The notes below the pieces were generated by a model. That model worked only from the letters and a program-made list of their open reading frames with translations. It did not search any database and was not told where the DNA came from. Shown here piece by piece: positions 19,662 through 28,799 of a stretch of 31,361 nucleotides of DNA; the first letter of the stretch is position 1, and each line of letters begins with the position of its first letter. Origin of the DNA: an uncultured cyanobacterium (GTDB taxonomy: Bacteria; Cyanobacteriota; Cyanobacteriia; Cyanobacteriales; Microcystaceae); assembly GCA_963807635.1 (NCBI GenBank), contig CAWEDJ010000021.1, positions 1 to 31,361 on the forward strand, given 5' to 3'. The position numbers were made by a program, and so were the translations under genes.

Positions 19662-20342
19662 TTACGATATTTCTGAACGAAGCATTTGGGTAAAAGGTTT
19701 GGTACGATGGGTTTGACAGACAACTTTTCCTTTTCCTTTAAAATGGCATAGACTTTCTTTTTGGCTGACGAGGGATTGAAACCAAATAGATTGAGAAGGG
19801 ATTAATTTGAAATTTAAGCTATTTTCAAAGGCAATAACATTCTCTAAGTTGATGATATATTCTCCGTCCACATCAACTTCAGTTACTCTGCCAAAGGCAC
19901 TAATTAATACGGTTCCCTCTCCGACTAAACTTAGCCAAGAATTAGATTCATTAGAAAAAAGAGATTTGAACTTATCAAATCCTGAAAAAATTTCAATTTT
20001 AGAACTAGAAGCTAAATAGGCGTTGATCCTAACAATGAGTTTATATTTACTCATGGTATGCACAAAAATTTCTCCAATCAAAGGAGGGGCAAGATAGATT
20101 TCTCCTTCCGTTTCCTTGGCTTTAAAACTATTCAGAAATAAGAATTTTTCCTTAGATGTATTTTTTGCGTTATTTTTTTTGTTGTCAGCAATTTTTTCAC
20201 TGCCGCGCTGCATCATGGTATTGATTTTCAATTGATCACTCATGATCATCACAGATCCCGCCTGGGCGACAATTTCTTCGTCAACTTCTAACTTAATATG
20301 AGCGATCGCGGTGTTAGGCTGGTTTAAGATTTCAACTTTCAT
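19662..20342 (-). CDS. AIM24/TIGR00266-family protein
   Basis: MKVEILNQP, VAQAGSV, GEGTVLISAFG and FKGKGKVVCQTH motifs. Confidence 0.82.
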   Translation of the reverse strand: MKVEILNQPNTAIAHIKLEVDEEIVAQAGSVMIMSDQLKINTMMQRGSEKIADNKKNNAKNTSKEKFLFLNSFKAKETEGEIYLAPPLIGEIFVHTMSKYKLIVRINAYLASSSKIEIFSGFDKFKSLFSNESNSWLSLVGEGTVLISAFGRVTEVDVDGEYIINLENVIAFENSLNFKLIPSQSIWFQSLVSQKESLCHFKGKGKVVCQTHRTKPFTQMLRSEIS

Positions 20343-21027
20343 ACCCGTTTGCATTAACGGGAGATTGATCCCGCCGACTTTTGGTGTAACGCCCTAGTCC
20401 GCTACGACTACGAGACTGTAAGTATATAATACCCCCTCCCTTCAGTTGGGTAACGAGGCCGTATCCTGCGATCCTAGAACCGATGATGCCCTTAGGAAAG
20501 TTAACTTTGAGACGAATTTTAGAACTATAGGCCAAAAGAGAATCCTGTTCTACAGCAAACTTTTTAAAGACTTGGTGCTGATTAATACCGCCATGAGCGC
20601 CAATAAAGATCAATCCCCGACCTGAGAGTTTCAAGCCAAATAATCCTTGACCCGCAAACCAACTCGAAAAACCAATCCAATGAATTCCCATTTTTATCTG
20701 GGAAGTATGGGCAATATGGACTCCTGGTTGTAAACAAAGGGAACTTTGGGTTAAATCCAGACGAATAATATCTCCAGGAAAGGCTGGGCATAAAACAATA
20801 CTCAACGGTTCCTCTGTTGGATTGTGAAAGTTGGTTACCCATAGGGGGTGATTACCTAACAATCGTCTCAATATCGCGAAAGCAATATCGCCAGAGATGA
20901 TCGTTTTCATGACGATTCCCGTATCCATACTCACCATTGTTCCTAAAGCGGCTGTTAGGCTCTCTTTCGGTCTGAGGGTGACATGAAGGGTGGCAAAGAC
21001 TGGTCTAAAGCTGACTTTATACAGCAC
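20332..21027 (-). CDS. AIM24/TIGR00266-family protein
   Basis: GTMVSMD, PAFPGDI, WFAGQGLFGLKLSGRG and GGGIIYLQSR. GTG start. Confidence 0.82.
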   Translation of the reverse strand: MLYKVSFRPVFATLHVTLRPKESLTAALGTMVSMDTGIVMKTIISGDIAFAILRRLLGNHPLWVTNFHNPTEEPLSIVLCPAFPGDIIRLDLTQSSLCLQPGVHIAHTSQIKMGIHWIGFSSWFAGQGLFGLKLSGRGLIFIGAHGGINQHQVFKKFAVEQDSLLAYSSKIRLKVNFPKGIIGSRIAGYGLVTQLKGGGIIYLQSRSRSGLGRYTKSRRDQSPVNANGYES

Positions 21028-21166
21028 AAATTTAGGAGGAAGAAATTTTTTAAAAACTACCTTCCTATTCTCTTTGATCTTTCTCGTAAAGCCTAGAGAT
21101 TGAGATTATTCTTAAAATCAAGACAATAGCAGTATTCACAGGGAGAAGGTATGCCTGATATTTATA

Positions 21167-21190
21167 AACAAGGGGTTTAAACCCCTTGCC
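21167..21190. repeat. Palindromic REP-like element / hairpin downstream of purF
   Basis: aacaaggggtttaaaccccttgcc. Confidence 0.75.
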
Positions 21191-21226
21191 CGTAGCTCAT
21201 TTAACTACATACGCTAAGTTGTCAGG

Positions 21227-22705
21227 TTAAACCGTCACTTCTTCCAGAATTAATTTAGAGCGTTTCACACTTTCAGGAATGGGAATGGGATAATCACCAT
21301 TGAAACAAGCGGAACAAAAATGATTAATATCTTCACCCGTTGCTTCTAGCATTCCTTGTTGGCTTAAATAAGCGAGGGAATCTACCCCAATTTGCTCGGC
21401 GATCGCCTGAACGGATTTTGTCGCCGCAATCAATTGATTTTGATTATCCGTATCAATGCCATAGAAACAGGGATGGGTAACAGGAGGAGAAGAAATTCTC
21501 ATGTGGACTTCCGTTGCCCCTGCATCCCGTAAAGCTTTGACAATTTTGCGACTGGTGGTTCCCCGCACAATGGAATCATCGACAATGATCACCCGTTTTC
21601 CCTTGAGGACATCCTTGAGGGGATTGAGTTTCATGCGAATTCCAGATTCCCGCATCGTTTGGGTCGGTTGAATAAACGTCCTGCCCACATAGCGATTTTT
21701 AATTAATCCTTCGGCGTAGGGAATGCCCGATGCTTGGGAAAAGCCGATCGCCGCAGGAATGCCCGAATCAGGAACCCCCATCACTAAATCCGCATCCACA
21801 AAAGATTCTTTCGCCAGTTGTTTCCCAATCCGCATCCGATAGGTATAAAGCGTTTCGTCGTTAGTGACACTATCGGGACGAGAGAAGTAAATCATCTCAA
21901 AAATACAGAGTTTCTTCTCGGATTTCGGAGCCCAGTGGAAGGAAACCAGCCCAGTTTCGGTAATCCAAACCAACTCACCTGGTTCGACTTCCCGCACATA
22001 GTCCGCCCCAATAATGTCTAAACCACAGGTCTCGGAAGCAAGAACATAGCGAACGGGGTCTCCTTCCAATTGACCAATTACCAAAGGTCTGACTCCATTG
22101 GGATCGCGCACTCCCATTAGTCCAACGGGGGTTCCAATCACTAAACTATAGGCCCCTGAACACATCTGAAAGGCACTGATCGCCGCTTCTAGCCAATCTT
22201 TGCCACTATCCACTTCATCCGCGATCGCCAGGGCAATCATTTCTGAATCCGTCGTTGTTAGAAAATCACAACCCTGATGCACTAGATGTTCTCTGAGTTC
22301 TACGGTGTTCACCAGGTTGCCATTATGGGCCAACGCTAATTTGCCTAAACGAGTTTCCACAATGGCAGGTTGGGCATTGACCTTGTGACTAGATCCTGTT
22401 GTGGAATAACGATTGTGGCCAACGGCGATATGACCAATTAATTCGTCGTGTAAGACTGATTCCTTAAATACCTGGGAGACTAACCCCATATCCTTGTGGC
22501 TATGGACGCGATCGCCGTCAAAGGTCGCAATTCCTGCTGATTCTTGACCCCTGTGCTGGAGAGCATAAAGCCCAAAATACGTTAACTTAGCAACCTCACC
22601 TTCGGGACAATAAATCCCAAACACACCACAGGCTTCTTCAGGTTTATCGGAACGGGGCGCATCGAGATGATGACTGTCATCGGTAACCTTGGTATTGGCA
22701 AGCAT
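21227..22705 (-). CDS. purF: Amidophosphoribosyltransferase
   Basis: EEACGVFG (propeptide plus catalytic Cys), LQHRGQESAG, VDDSIVRGTT and PCFYGID motifs. Confidence 0.98.
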   Translation of the reverse strand: MLANTKVTDDSHHLDAPRSDKPEEACGVFGIYCPEGEVAKLTYFGLYALQHRGQESAGIATFDGDRVHSHKDMGLVSQVFKESVLHDELIGHIAVGHNRYSTTGSSHKVNAQPAIVETRLGKLALAHNGNLVNTVELREHLVHQGCDFLTTTDSEMIALAIADEVDSGKDWLEAAISAFQMCSGAYSLVIGTPVGLMGVRDPNGVRPLVIGQLEGDPVRYVLASETCGLDIIGADYVREVEPGELVWITETGLVSFHWAPKSEKKLCIFEMIYFSRPDSVTNDETLYTYRMRIGKQLAKESFVDADLVMGVPDSGIPAAIGFSQASGIPYAEGLIKNRYVGRTFIQPTQTMRESGIRMKLNPLKDVLKGKRVIIVDDSIVRGTTSRKIVKALRDAGATEVHMRISSPPVTHPCFYGIDTDNQNQLIAATKSVQAIAEQIGVDSLAYLSQQGMLEATGEDINHFCSACFNGDYPIPIPESVKRSKLILEEVTV

Positions 22706-22947
22706 CCTAATTGGGGGACTCCTTGGTAATGGGGGGATTCAGTTAGAGAAAAATAAACGCTTAAATATTCTAGGCTAGGAATTTTAAAAATAAAAAAAGT
22801 TCAAGGAAATTGTCCTTAACATTTCTTTAACCTAATCTTAGCAGGATCGGTGTAGCCCTTTTGGGAAAATCCCCTTTTCGGTTTGCCATAGTCTGATAAA
22901 CTAGCTACATTAGTATGTAGAGTCATTTTTTAGGAAATTTTTACATC

Positions 22948-23043
22948 ATGGAAAGCGTTGCCTATATCCTGGTTTTGACAATGGCGTTGTCCGTTTTATT
23001 TTTCGCGATAGCGTTTCGGGAACCCCCCCGCATCGAAAAATAA
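22948..23043 (+). CDS. psbT: Photosystem II reaction centre protein T (not in the ORF track)
   Basis: Manual translation MESVAYILVLTMALSVLFFAIAFREPPRIEK*. Confidence 0.97.
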   Translation: MESVAYILVLTMALSVLFFAIAFREPPRIEK

Positions 23044-23233
23044 TTCCCCATCAATCCTGCGGTTTTACAAAAAAGCCTTATTTTTTTGCTAGGAGCTATC
23101 TAAAATTTTTTCTTACTTCCCTTAAGTAGGCTAAAATAACGAAGATAGCTCTATTTGTTGCTATTTAGAAACCTTGAGTTATCTAGTAAAAAAATTTAGC
23201 TAATTAAAACTCCTTACTCAATGGACTTTGACA

Positions 23234-23755
23234 ATGCAATGTCCCTACTGTCAACATAACAATAGTCGTGTCCTAGAATCCCGCTCCAGTGAAGGGGGAC
23301 AGAGTATTCGTCGTCGTCGGGAATGCCTAGAATGTAAACATCGCTTTACCACCTATGAACGAGTCGAATTTGTTCCCATTACCGTCATAAAAGCAGATGG
23401 CAAAAAAGAATCTTTCGATCCATCCAAGCTACTCAGGGGAATGGTACGTGCCTGTGAAAAAACAGGTCTTTCCTATCAAAGATTAGAAAGAATCGTCGAA
23501 GATATTGAAGCTCAGATCCAACAAAGCAACAATCGAGAAATTAGTAGTCAGGATATTGGTCAATTAGTTTTGAAATATCTCCAAAAAGAAAATGAAGTGG
23601 CGTATATCCGCTTTGCTTCTGTTTATGGTCGTTTTCAAGGAATTACCGACTTTGTAGAAACCTTAAATCACTTAAAAACAGATAGCCCATCTCCTTGGGA
23701 AACGAGTCATGATGCCTTAATCGAAGAAGATTCGACCGCAATGCTCACATCTTGA
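23234..23755 (+). CDS. nrdR: Transcriptional repressor NrdR
   Basis: [25 protein letters not shown]-cone domain and [10 protein letters not shown]. Confidence 0.97.
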   Translation: MQCPYCQHNNSRVLESRSSEGGQSIRRRRECLECKHRFTTYERVEFVPITVIKADGKKESFDPSKLLRGMVRACEKTGLSYQRLERIVEDIEAQIQQSNNREISSQDIGQLVLKYLQKENEVAYIRFASVYGRFQGITDFVETLNHLKTDSPSPWETSHDALIEEDSTAMLTS

Positions 23756-23771
23756 TGGATTTGTATTTGTA

Positions 23772-24338
23772 ATGATAGATACTCTCAATCGTTGTGCTTG
23801 GGTCAAAGCTGATCCTCTAGAAATTGCCTACCATGACCAGGAATGGGGAGTTCCGCTCCATGATGATCAAAGATTATTTGAATTCTTGATTTTGGAAGGG
23901 GCGCAAGCGGGCTTGAGTTGGAGTACGATTCTCAAAAAACGAGAAAATTATCGTCTTGCCTTTGCTCAATTTGATGCTGGGATCATTGCCAACTACGATG
24001 CAGGTAAAGTAGAAGAATTAATGCAAAATGCGGGAATTGTCAGAAATCAACGAAAAATAGAAGCTACCATTATTAATGCTCAAAAATTTTTAGAAGTTCA
24101 GAAAGAATTTGGCTCGTTTGACTATTTTCTTTGGCAATTTGTGGATGAAAAACCGAAGAAAAATCATTGGCGATCGCTGACAGAAGTTCCCGCAACCAGT
24201 CCAGAATCCGATGCACTCAGTAAAGCTTTGAAAAAACGGGGTTTTAAATTTGTCGGTTCAACGATTTGTTATGCGTTAATGCAGGCAGTCGGCATGGTCA
24301 ATGATCACACAACGGATTGTTTTTGCTATCGAAAATGA
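23772..24338 (+). CDS. tag: DNA-3-methyladenine glycosylase I
   Basis: RCAW, YHDQEWG, LEGAQAGLSW and GMVNDHTTDC motifs. Confidence 0.96.
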   Translation: MIDTLNRCAWVKADPLEIAYHDQEWGVPLHDDQRLFEFLILEGAQAGLSWSTILKKRENYRLAFAQFDAGIIANYDAGKVEELMQNAGIVRNQRKIEATIINAQKFLEVQKEFGSFDYFLWQFVDEKPKKNHWRSLTEVPATSPESDALSKALKKRGFKFVGSTICYALMQAVGMVNDHTTDCFCYRK

Positions 24339-24433
24339 AGATTTTTCTGATTTTTTAGTCTATTATTACCCAATCTGGAAATAACGCGATCGCTGGGGCA
24401 TAATAAAAAAGTTCTCAAAAAATTTTAGCGGCT

Positions 24434-24799
24434 ATGAATCGGAAACGCTTTGTGATTGAAATGGGTATGGGGATTGATCAACACGGTCAAGATCCAACGG
24501 TGGCGGCGGCTAGGGCTGTCCGTAATGCGATCGCCAATAATGCTTTGCCAGGCGTTTGGGAAGTGGCGGGTTTAAGTCATCCTGATGAAATGATTGTGGA
24601 AGTCCAGGTCGCTGTTCCCTATCCTGAAGAGGTTCGAGCCGAAGAAGTTTTAGCCGTCTTACCCTTTGGACAGAAAACGTTAAAGTTAGAATCGGGGGGA
24701 ATGGTCGTCCAGGGTAGAGCAATTCCCGAATTAGCCGATAAAAATGATGAAATGTTAATTGCAGTTGCGGCGGTGACGGTTTTTATTGAAACAGATTAA
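24434..24799 (+). CDS. Lin0512-family protein
   Basis: IEMGMGIDQHGQDPTVAAARAVRNAI motif. Confidence 0.88.
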   Translation: MNRKRFVIEMGMGIDQHGQDPTVAAARAVRNAIANNALPGVWEVAGLSHPDEMIVEVQVAVPYPEEVRAEEVLAVLPFGQKTLKLESGGMVVQGRAIPELADKNDEMLIAVAAVTVFIETD

Positions 24800-24832
24800 T
24801 TTTGTAAAATAAACTTATTTGAACGTAACATA

Positions 24833-25468
24833 ATGGACTTAATACGCTCGTGGTTAGAAGCTTCTTTTCTGGCTCTCAGTTCAGGTTTTGCCCGCATTGT
24901 TTGGAATTTATTTTTAGCTTATATTCCTGTTTTTTTAAGTGTTTGGTTATTTCGTTGGTCTAGTAGGCGATCTCCTGTATGGTGGGTTATTTTTGCCATA
25001 TTTATTGCTTTTTTACCGAATGCGCCCTATATCCTAACAGATATTATTCATTATATTTGGCTTATTCAAAAACGTATTCCTGACAGTATTATCATATTTG
25101 CTGTTACACCTCAATATTTAATATTTCTCATCGGAGGTTTTCAAGCCTATGTTATGTCTTTGTTAAACCTAGAGTTTTATTTAACAAAAGTAGGACAGGA
25201 AAAATCTATTTTTGCCGTTCAAATTTTAATTCATTTCTTATCGGCAATCGGGATTTATTTAGGACGATTTTTACGCTTTAATAGTTGGGATTTTGTTACT
25301 CAACCCGATGAATTAGCCGAAACTCTAGCTAGGGATTTATCCCATAAACAACCTGTTTTAGCGATCACGATTACTTTTATCATTTTACTCGGTCTCTATT
25401 GGATTACGAAACAAATTAATTTGGGTCTGGTTTTGCGATTTCAGCAATTACAGAAAGAAGGGAAATAA
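24833..25468 (+). CDS. DUF1361-family membrane protein
   Basis: WNLFLAYIP, FLPNAPYILTDIIH and GIYLGRFLRFNSWD motifs. Confidence 0.88.
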   Translation: MDLIRSWLEASFLALSSGFARIVWNLFLAYIPVFLSVWLFRWSSRRSPVWWVIFAIFIAFLPNAPYILTDIIHYIWLIQKRIPDSIIIFAVTPQYLIFLIGGFQAYVMSLLNLEFYLTKVGQEKSIFAVQILIHFLSAIGIYLGRFLRFNSWDFVTQPDELAETLARDLSHKQPVLAITITFIILLGLYWITKQINLGLVLRFQQLQKEGK

Positions 25469-25471
25469 AAT

Positions 25472-26192
25472 TTATCGATTTTTCAGCGATCGCATTCCCC
25501 AGAAAATCAAATTAGGATCAAATTTGCAATCATTAGCGATATCAGGGTATATTTCCTTTAAATAAGATAATAATCTTTCCCCATCTCCCCCTGTAAAAAT
25601 AATCTTACTATCAGGAAATTGCTTTAACCAATCTTCTATAAAACCCATAATTCCTGATAATAAACTATAAATAATTCCACTCGCGATCGCGTCTTCCGTA
25701 TTCATTGCCCAACGATTCGGTAAAGATTGGGGTAAATTTAAAAAATTTAAACGAGGTAAAACGGCAGTTTTTAGGGATAAAGATTGAAATTGCAGACCCA
25801 AGCCAGGTAAGATAGCTCCTCCGATCAATTGCCTATGCTGATTAACGCCTGTGAAAGTTAACGCTGTTCCCCCATCGATCACTAAACTGGGAAATCCATA
25901 ATTTTCACCACTACCTAAAACCGCTAAAGCGCGATTGATTCCCAAAGTGTGATAGAGATTTTTTAGAGGAATATCGGTCAATTGAAGTAATTTTAAATAG
26001 GGATAATCTAGAAAAAGTTTGGTTTCTCTCAGGGACAACAGACGCTAAATAGAGAGGAATATTCGCAGGAAAATTAGTAATCGAATCATGATTAGTCTGC
26101 CAAGTTTTAATTAAAATATTCTGCTCAAAATAAGCCCAATGTAAATGGGAATTACCAATCACTAATGCTAACCATTTAGACGACACTTCCAT
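25472..26192 (-). CDS. coaX: Type III pantothenate kinase (frameshift near 26030)
   Basis: LVIGNSHLHW in one frame. LGINRAL, VIDGGTALT, GGAILPG and TGGDG in the other. Confidence 0.9.
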
Positions 26193-26285
26193 AAAGATTC
26201 GGTTATTTCCCTAATTTCTTGCTTAACATAACGTCTATGATCGCGTTAGGGTAAGAGAAATATGATCTTAACGGCGATCGCAACT

Positions 26286-28374
26286 ATGACTACTTTAACC
26301 GTATCAAACAATCCGCTCCTGATTGGGAAAGGACTTCCCCCTTTTGATCAAATCCAAGCAGAACACATCATTCCTGCGATCACTCAATTTTTAGCGGAAT
26401 TAGAAACCGAATTAACGAATTTAGAAAAAAATGTCGTTCCCACTTGGTCGGGATTGGTAGAACCTTTGACCCTGATAGAAGAACGTTTAAATTGGAGTTG
26501 GGGAATCGTCGGTCATTTAATGGGGGTAAATAATAGCCCTGAATTGCGGGAAGCCTACGAAGCCGTTCAGCCCCAGGTTGTTCAATTTTATAGCCGACTG
26601 AGCCAGAGTCAACCGATTTACGAAGCTTTTAAAAGCCTACAAGTTGGCGGTGAGTGGTCGAGTTTAGATTTGCCCAAAAACGCATCGTCGAAACCAATCT
26701 CCGTGAAGCAGAATTATCGGGCGTGGGTTTAAGAGGCACAGAAAAAGAGCAATTTAATACAATTCAATTAGAATTAGCGGAATTAACCACAAAATTCTCG
26801 AATAATCTGCTAGATGCTACTAAAGCTTTTGAACTTAAATTAACCCAATCCCAGGAAATTGAGGGATTGCCAACGAGTTTACTGAGTTTAGCCGCGCAGA
26901 CAGCCCGTGAAAAGGGAGAAACCGAAGCTACCGCAGAAAATGGCCCTTGGGTGATTACGTTGAATTATCCCAGCTTTGTTCCCTTCATGAAATACAGTAC
27001 TCAACGCCCATTGCGAGAAAAACTGTATAAAGCTTTTATTACTCGCGCTTCCACTGGAGAATGGGATAATAATCCTTTGATTGAGCGTATTTTCGTAGTT
27101 CGTCAGGAAACAGATCCCAGATATTAGGGTATCAGACCTACGCAGAAGTCAGTTTGGCGCGAAAAATGGCTCCTAGCGTGGAAGCAGTGGAAAAACTGTT
27201 AGAAGAATTGCGTCAAGTGAGTTATACCGCGGCTCTACAAGATTTAGCTCATCTTAAAAGCCTTTGCCAAGACCGATGACCTGAAACATTGGGATATTTC
27301 CTATTGGTCAGAACAGCAACGAGAAGCAAATTTGATTTCGATGCTGGAAGAGTTGCGTCCTTATTTCCCTTTACCTCAAGTTTTAGAGGGTTTATTTACC
27401 CTAGCTCAACGGATTTTTTCGGTGACGATTACCCCCGCCGATGGACAAGCTCCCGTTTGGCATCCAGATGTACGTTATTTTCAGGTCGATAATGAATCGG
27501 GAGACGCGATCGCCTATTTTTATCTCGATCCCTACAGTCGCCCTGGGATCAAAACGGGGAGGAGCCTGGATGAGATGATTGCATTCGATCGGGCAAAGAT
27601 TGAAGAGAATGGCGAAATTATCACCCGTTTACCCGTTGCCTATTTGATCTGTAATCAAACTCCCCCAGTTGGATGACAACCGAGCTTGATGACCTTTGAT
27701 GAAGTGACGAACTCTTTCATGAGTTTGGTCACGGTATTCAGCATATGCTGACCCAGGTAGATTACAGTGGTGCTGCAGGGATCAATAATGTGGAATGGGA
27801 TGCGGTGGAGTTGCCCAGTCAATTTATGGAAAATTGGTGTTATGACCGCGTCGACATTATTTGGTATGGCTAAACATTATGAAACAGGGGAAACCTTACC
27901 CGAACTGATTATCAAAAATTACTCGCTGCTCGCAATTATCTGAGTGGTTCGGGCATGTTGCGTCAAATTAATCTTAGTTTATTAGATTTGGAATTACATC
28001 ACCGTTATCAACCGAATGGCGCAGAAACGATTGCCGATATTCGGAACCGTTTAGCGAAAACTACCACTGTTTTAACACCCTTACCAGAAGATGCTTTCCT
28101 GTGTTCCTTTGGTCATATTTTTGCGGGGGGATATGCGGCGGGTTATTACAGTTATAAATGGGCTGAAGTGCTTAGTGCCGATGCGTTTGCGGCATTTGAG
28201 GAAGCAGGTTTGGACAATGAAAATGCGGTAATGGAAATTGGTAAACGTTTTCGGGATACGGTGTTAGCTTTGGGGGGAAGTGTGCATCCGATGGAGGTGT
28301 TCAAATCTTTCCGAGGACGGGAACCTGAAACGGAGCCTTTATTGAGACATAATGGGTTATTTGTTGCGGTTTAG
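26286..28374 (+). CDS. prlC: Oligopeptidase A (M3 family), many indels
   Basis: NNPLL..LPPF start, HEFGH at 27718-27732, [10 protein letters not shown] and [16 protein letters not shown]. Spread over several frames. Confidence 0.93.
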
Positions 28375-28385
28375 TCTCTTTAAAA

Positions 28386-28452
28386 CTAGGATGGGTTAGA
28401 TAGCGATTATTTAATACAATAAGCATTAATTTATTGTCTATCGTAACCCACC
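28386..28452. repeat. Nested hairpin, REP-like element between convergent genes
   Basis: Outer tgggtta-gatag...ctatc-g-taaccca and inner acaataa...ttattgt, preceded by ctagg. Confidence 0.55.
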
Positions 28453-28458
28453 AAAATT

Positions 28459-28665
28459 CTACTTCTGCTGTCGTAAAATGACTTGAATTAATCCCGTTAA
28501 TCCATTACAAACCAGTAAAAGCAAAATCGCGATCGCCAAAATAATTGCTGTCGGTGAATCTCCATTTTTGATAATGGTTTGGGGATCAATGGGGTTAATC
28601 GGTTGGGTCGGTTGGATCTGAACGTTATTCATCGGTGTTAACCTTAATTGGGATATTTTCATCAT
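28459..28665 (-). CDS. Small single-pass membrane peptide (alternative start 28632)
   Basis: Pro/Gln-rich N-terminus, then GDSPTAIILAIAILLLLV hydrophobic helix and a basic tail. Confidence 0.65.
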   Translation of the reverse strand: MMKISQLRLTPMNNVQIQPTQPINPIDPQTIIKNGDSPTAIILAIAILLLLVCNGLTGLIQVILRQQK

Positions 28666-28703
28666 GGATTTATACGTTGTTCCATGAATTTATTCCTTTA
28701 TCC

Positions 28704-28760
28704 TACGAAACCCTTATGCAGCAGTCATTACGGAAAAGTACGAAAAAGTAAGGTTATGAT
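28704..28760. promoter_or_regulatory. Tandem direct repeats in the divergent promoter region (candidate operator)
   Basis: tacggaaaag (28729), tacgaaaaag (28739), taagg (28749), plus tacgaaa (28704). A TATGAT -10-like hexamer follows at 28755. Confidence 0.5.
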
Positions 28761-28799
28761 AAAGTTAGTTTTTAGCTGATAGTTTCAACGATTAAAACC

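Noticed and set aside
22905..22920. NrdR box upstream of psbT-nrdR
   Set aside because: Poor match to the acaCwAtATaTwGtgt consensus and single rather than tandem.
563..24722. Short antisense or alternate-frame ORFs (e.g. 563..778, 1216..1674, 7076..7306, 9436..9744, 13973..14230, 21818..22021, 24510..24722)
   Set aside because: They are shadows of well-supported genes and have no recognisable motifs.
1158..28374. Mass pseudogenisation or programmed frameshifting of ftsY, shc, coaX and prlC
   Set aside because: Essential genes are affected, motifs are otherwise intact, and there are no consistent slippery sites. Consensus error is more parsimonious.
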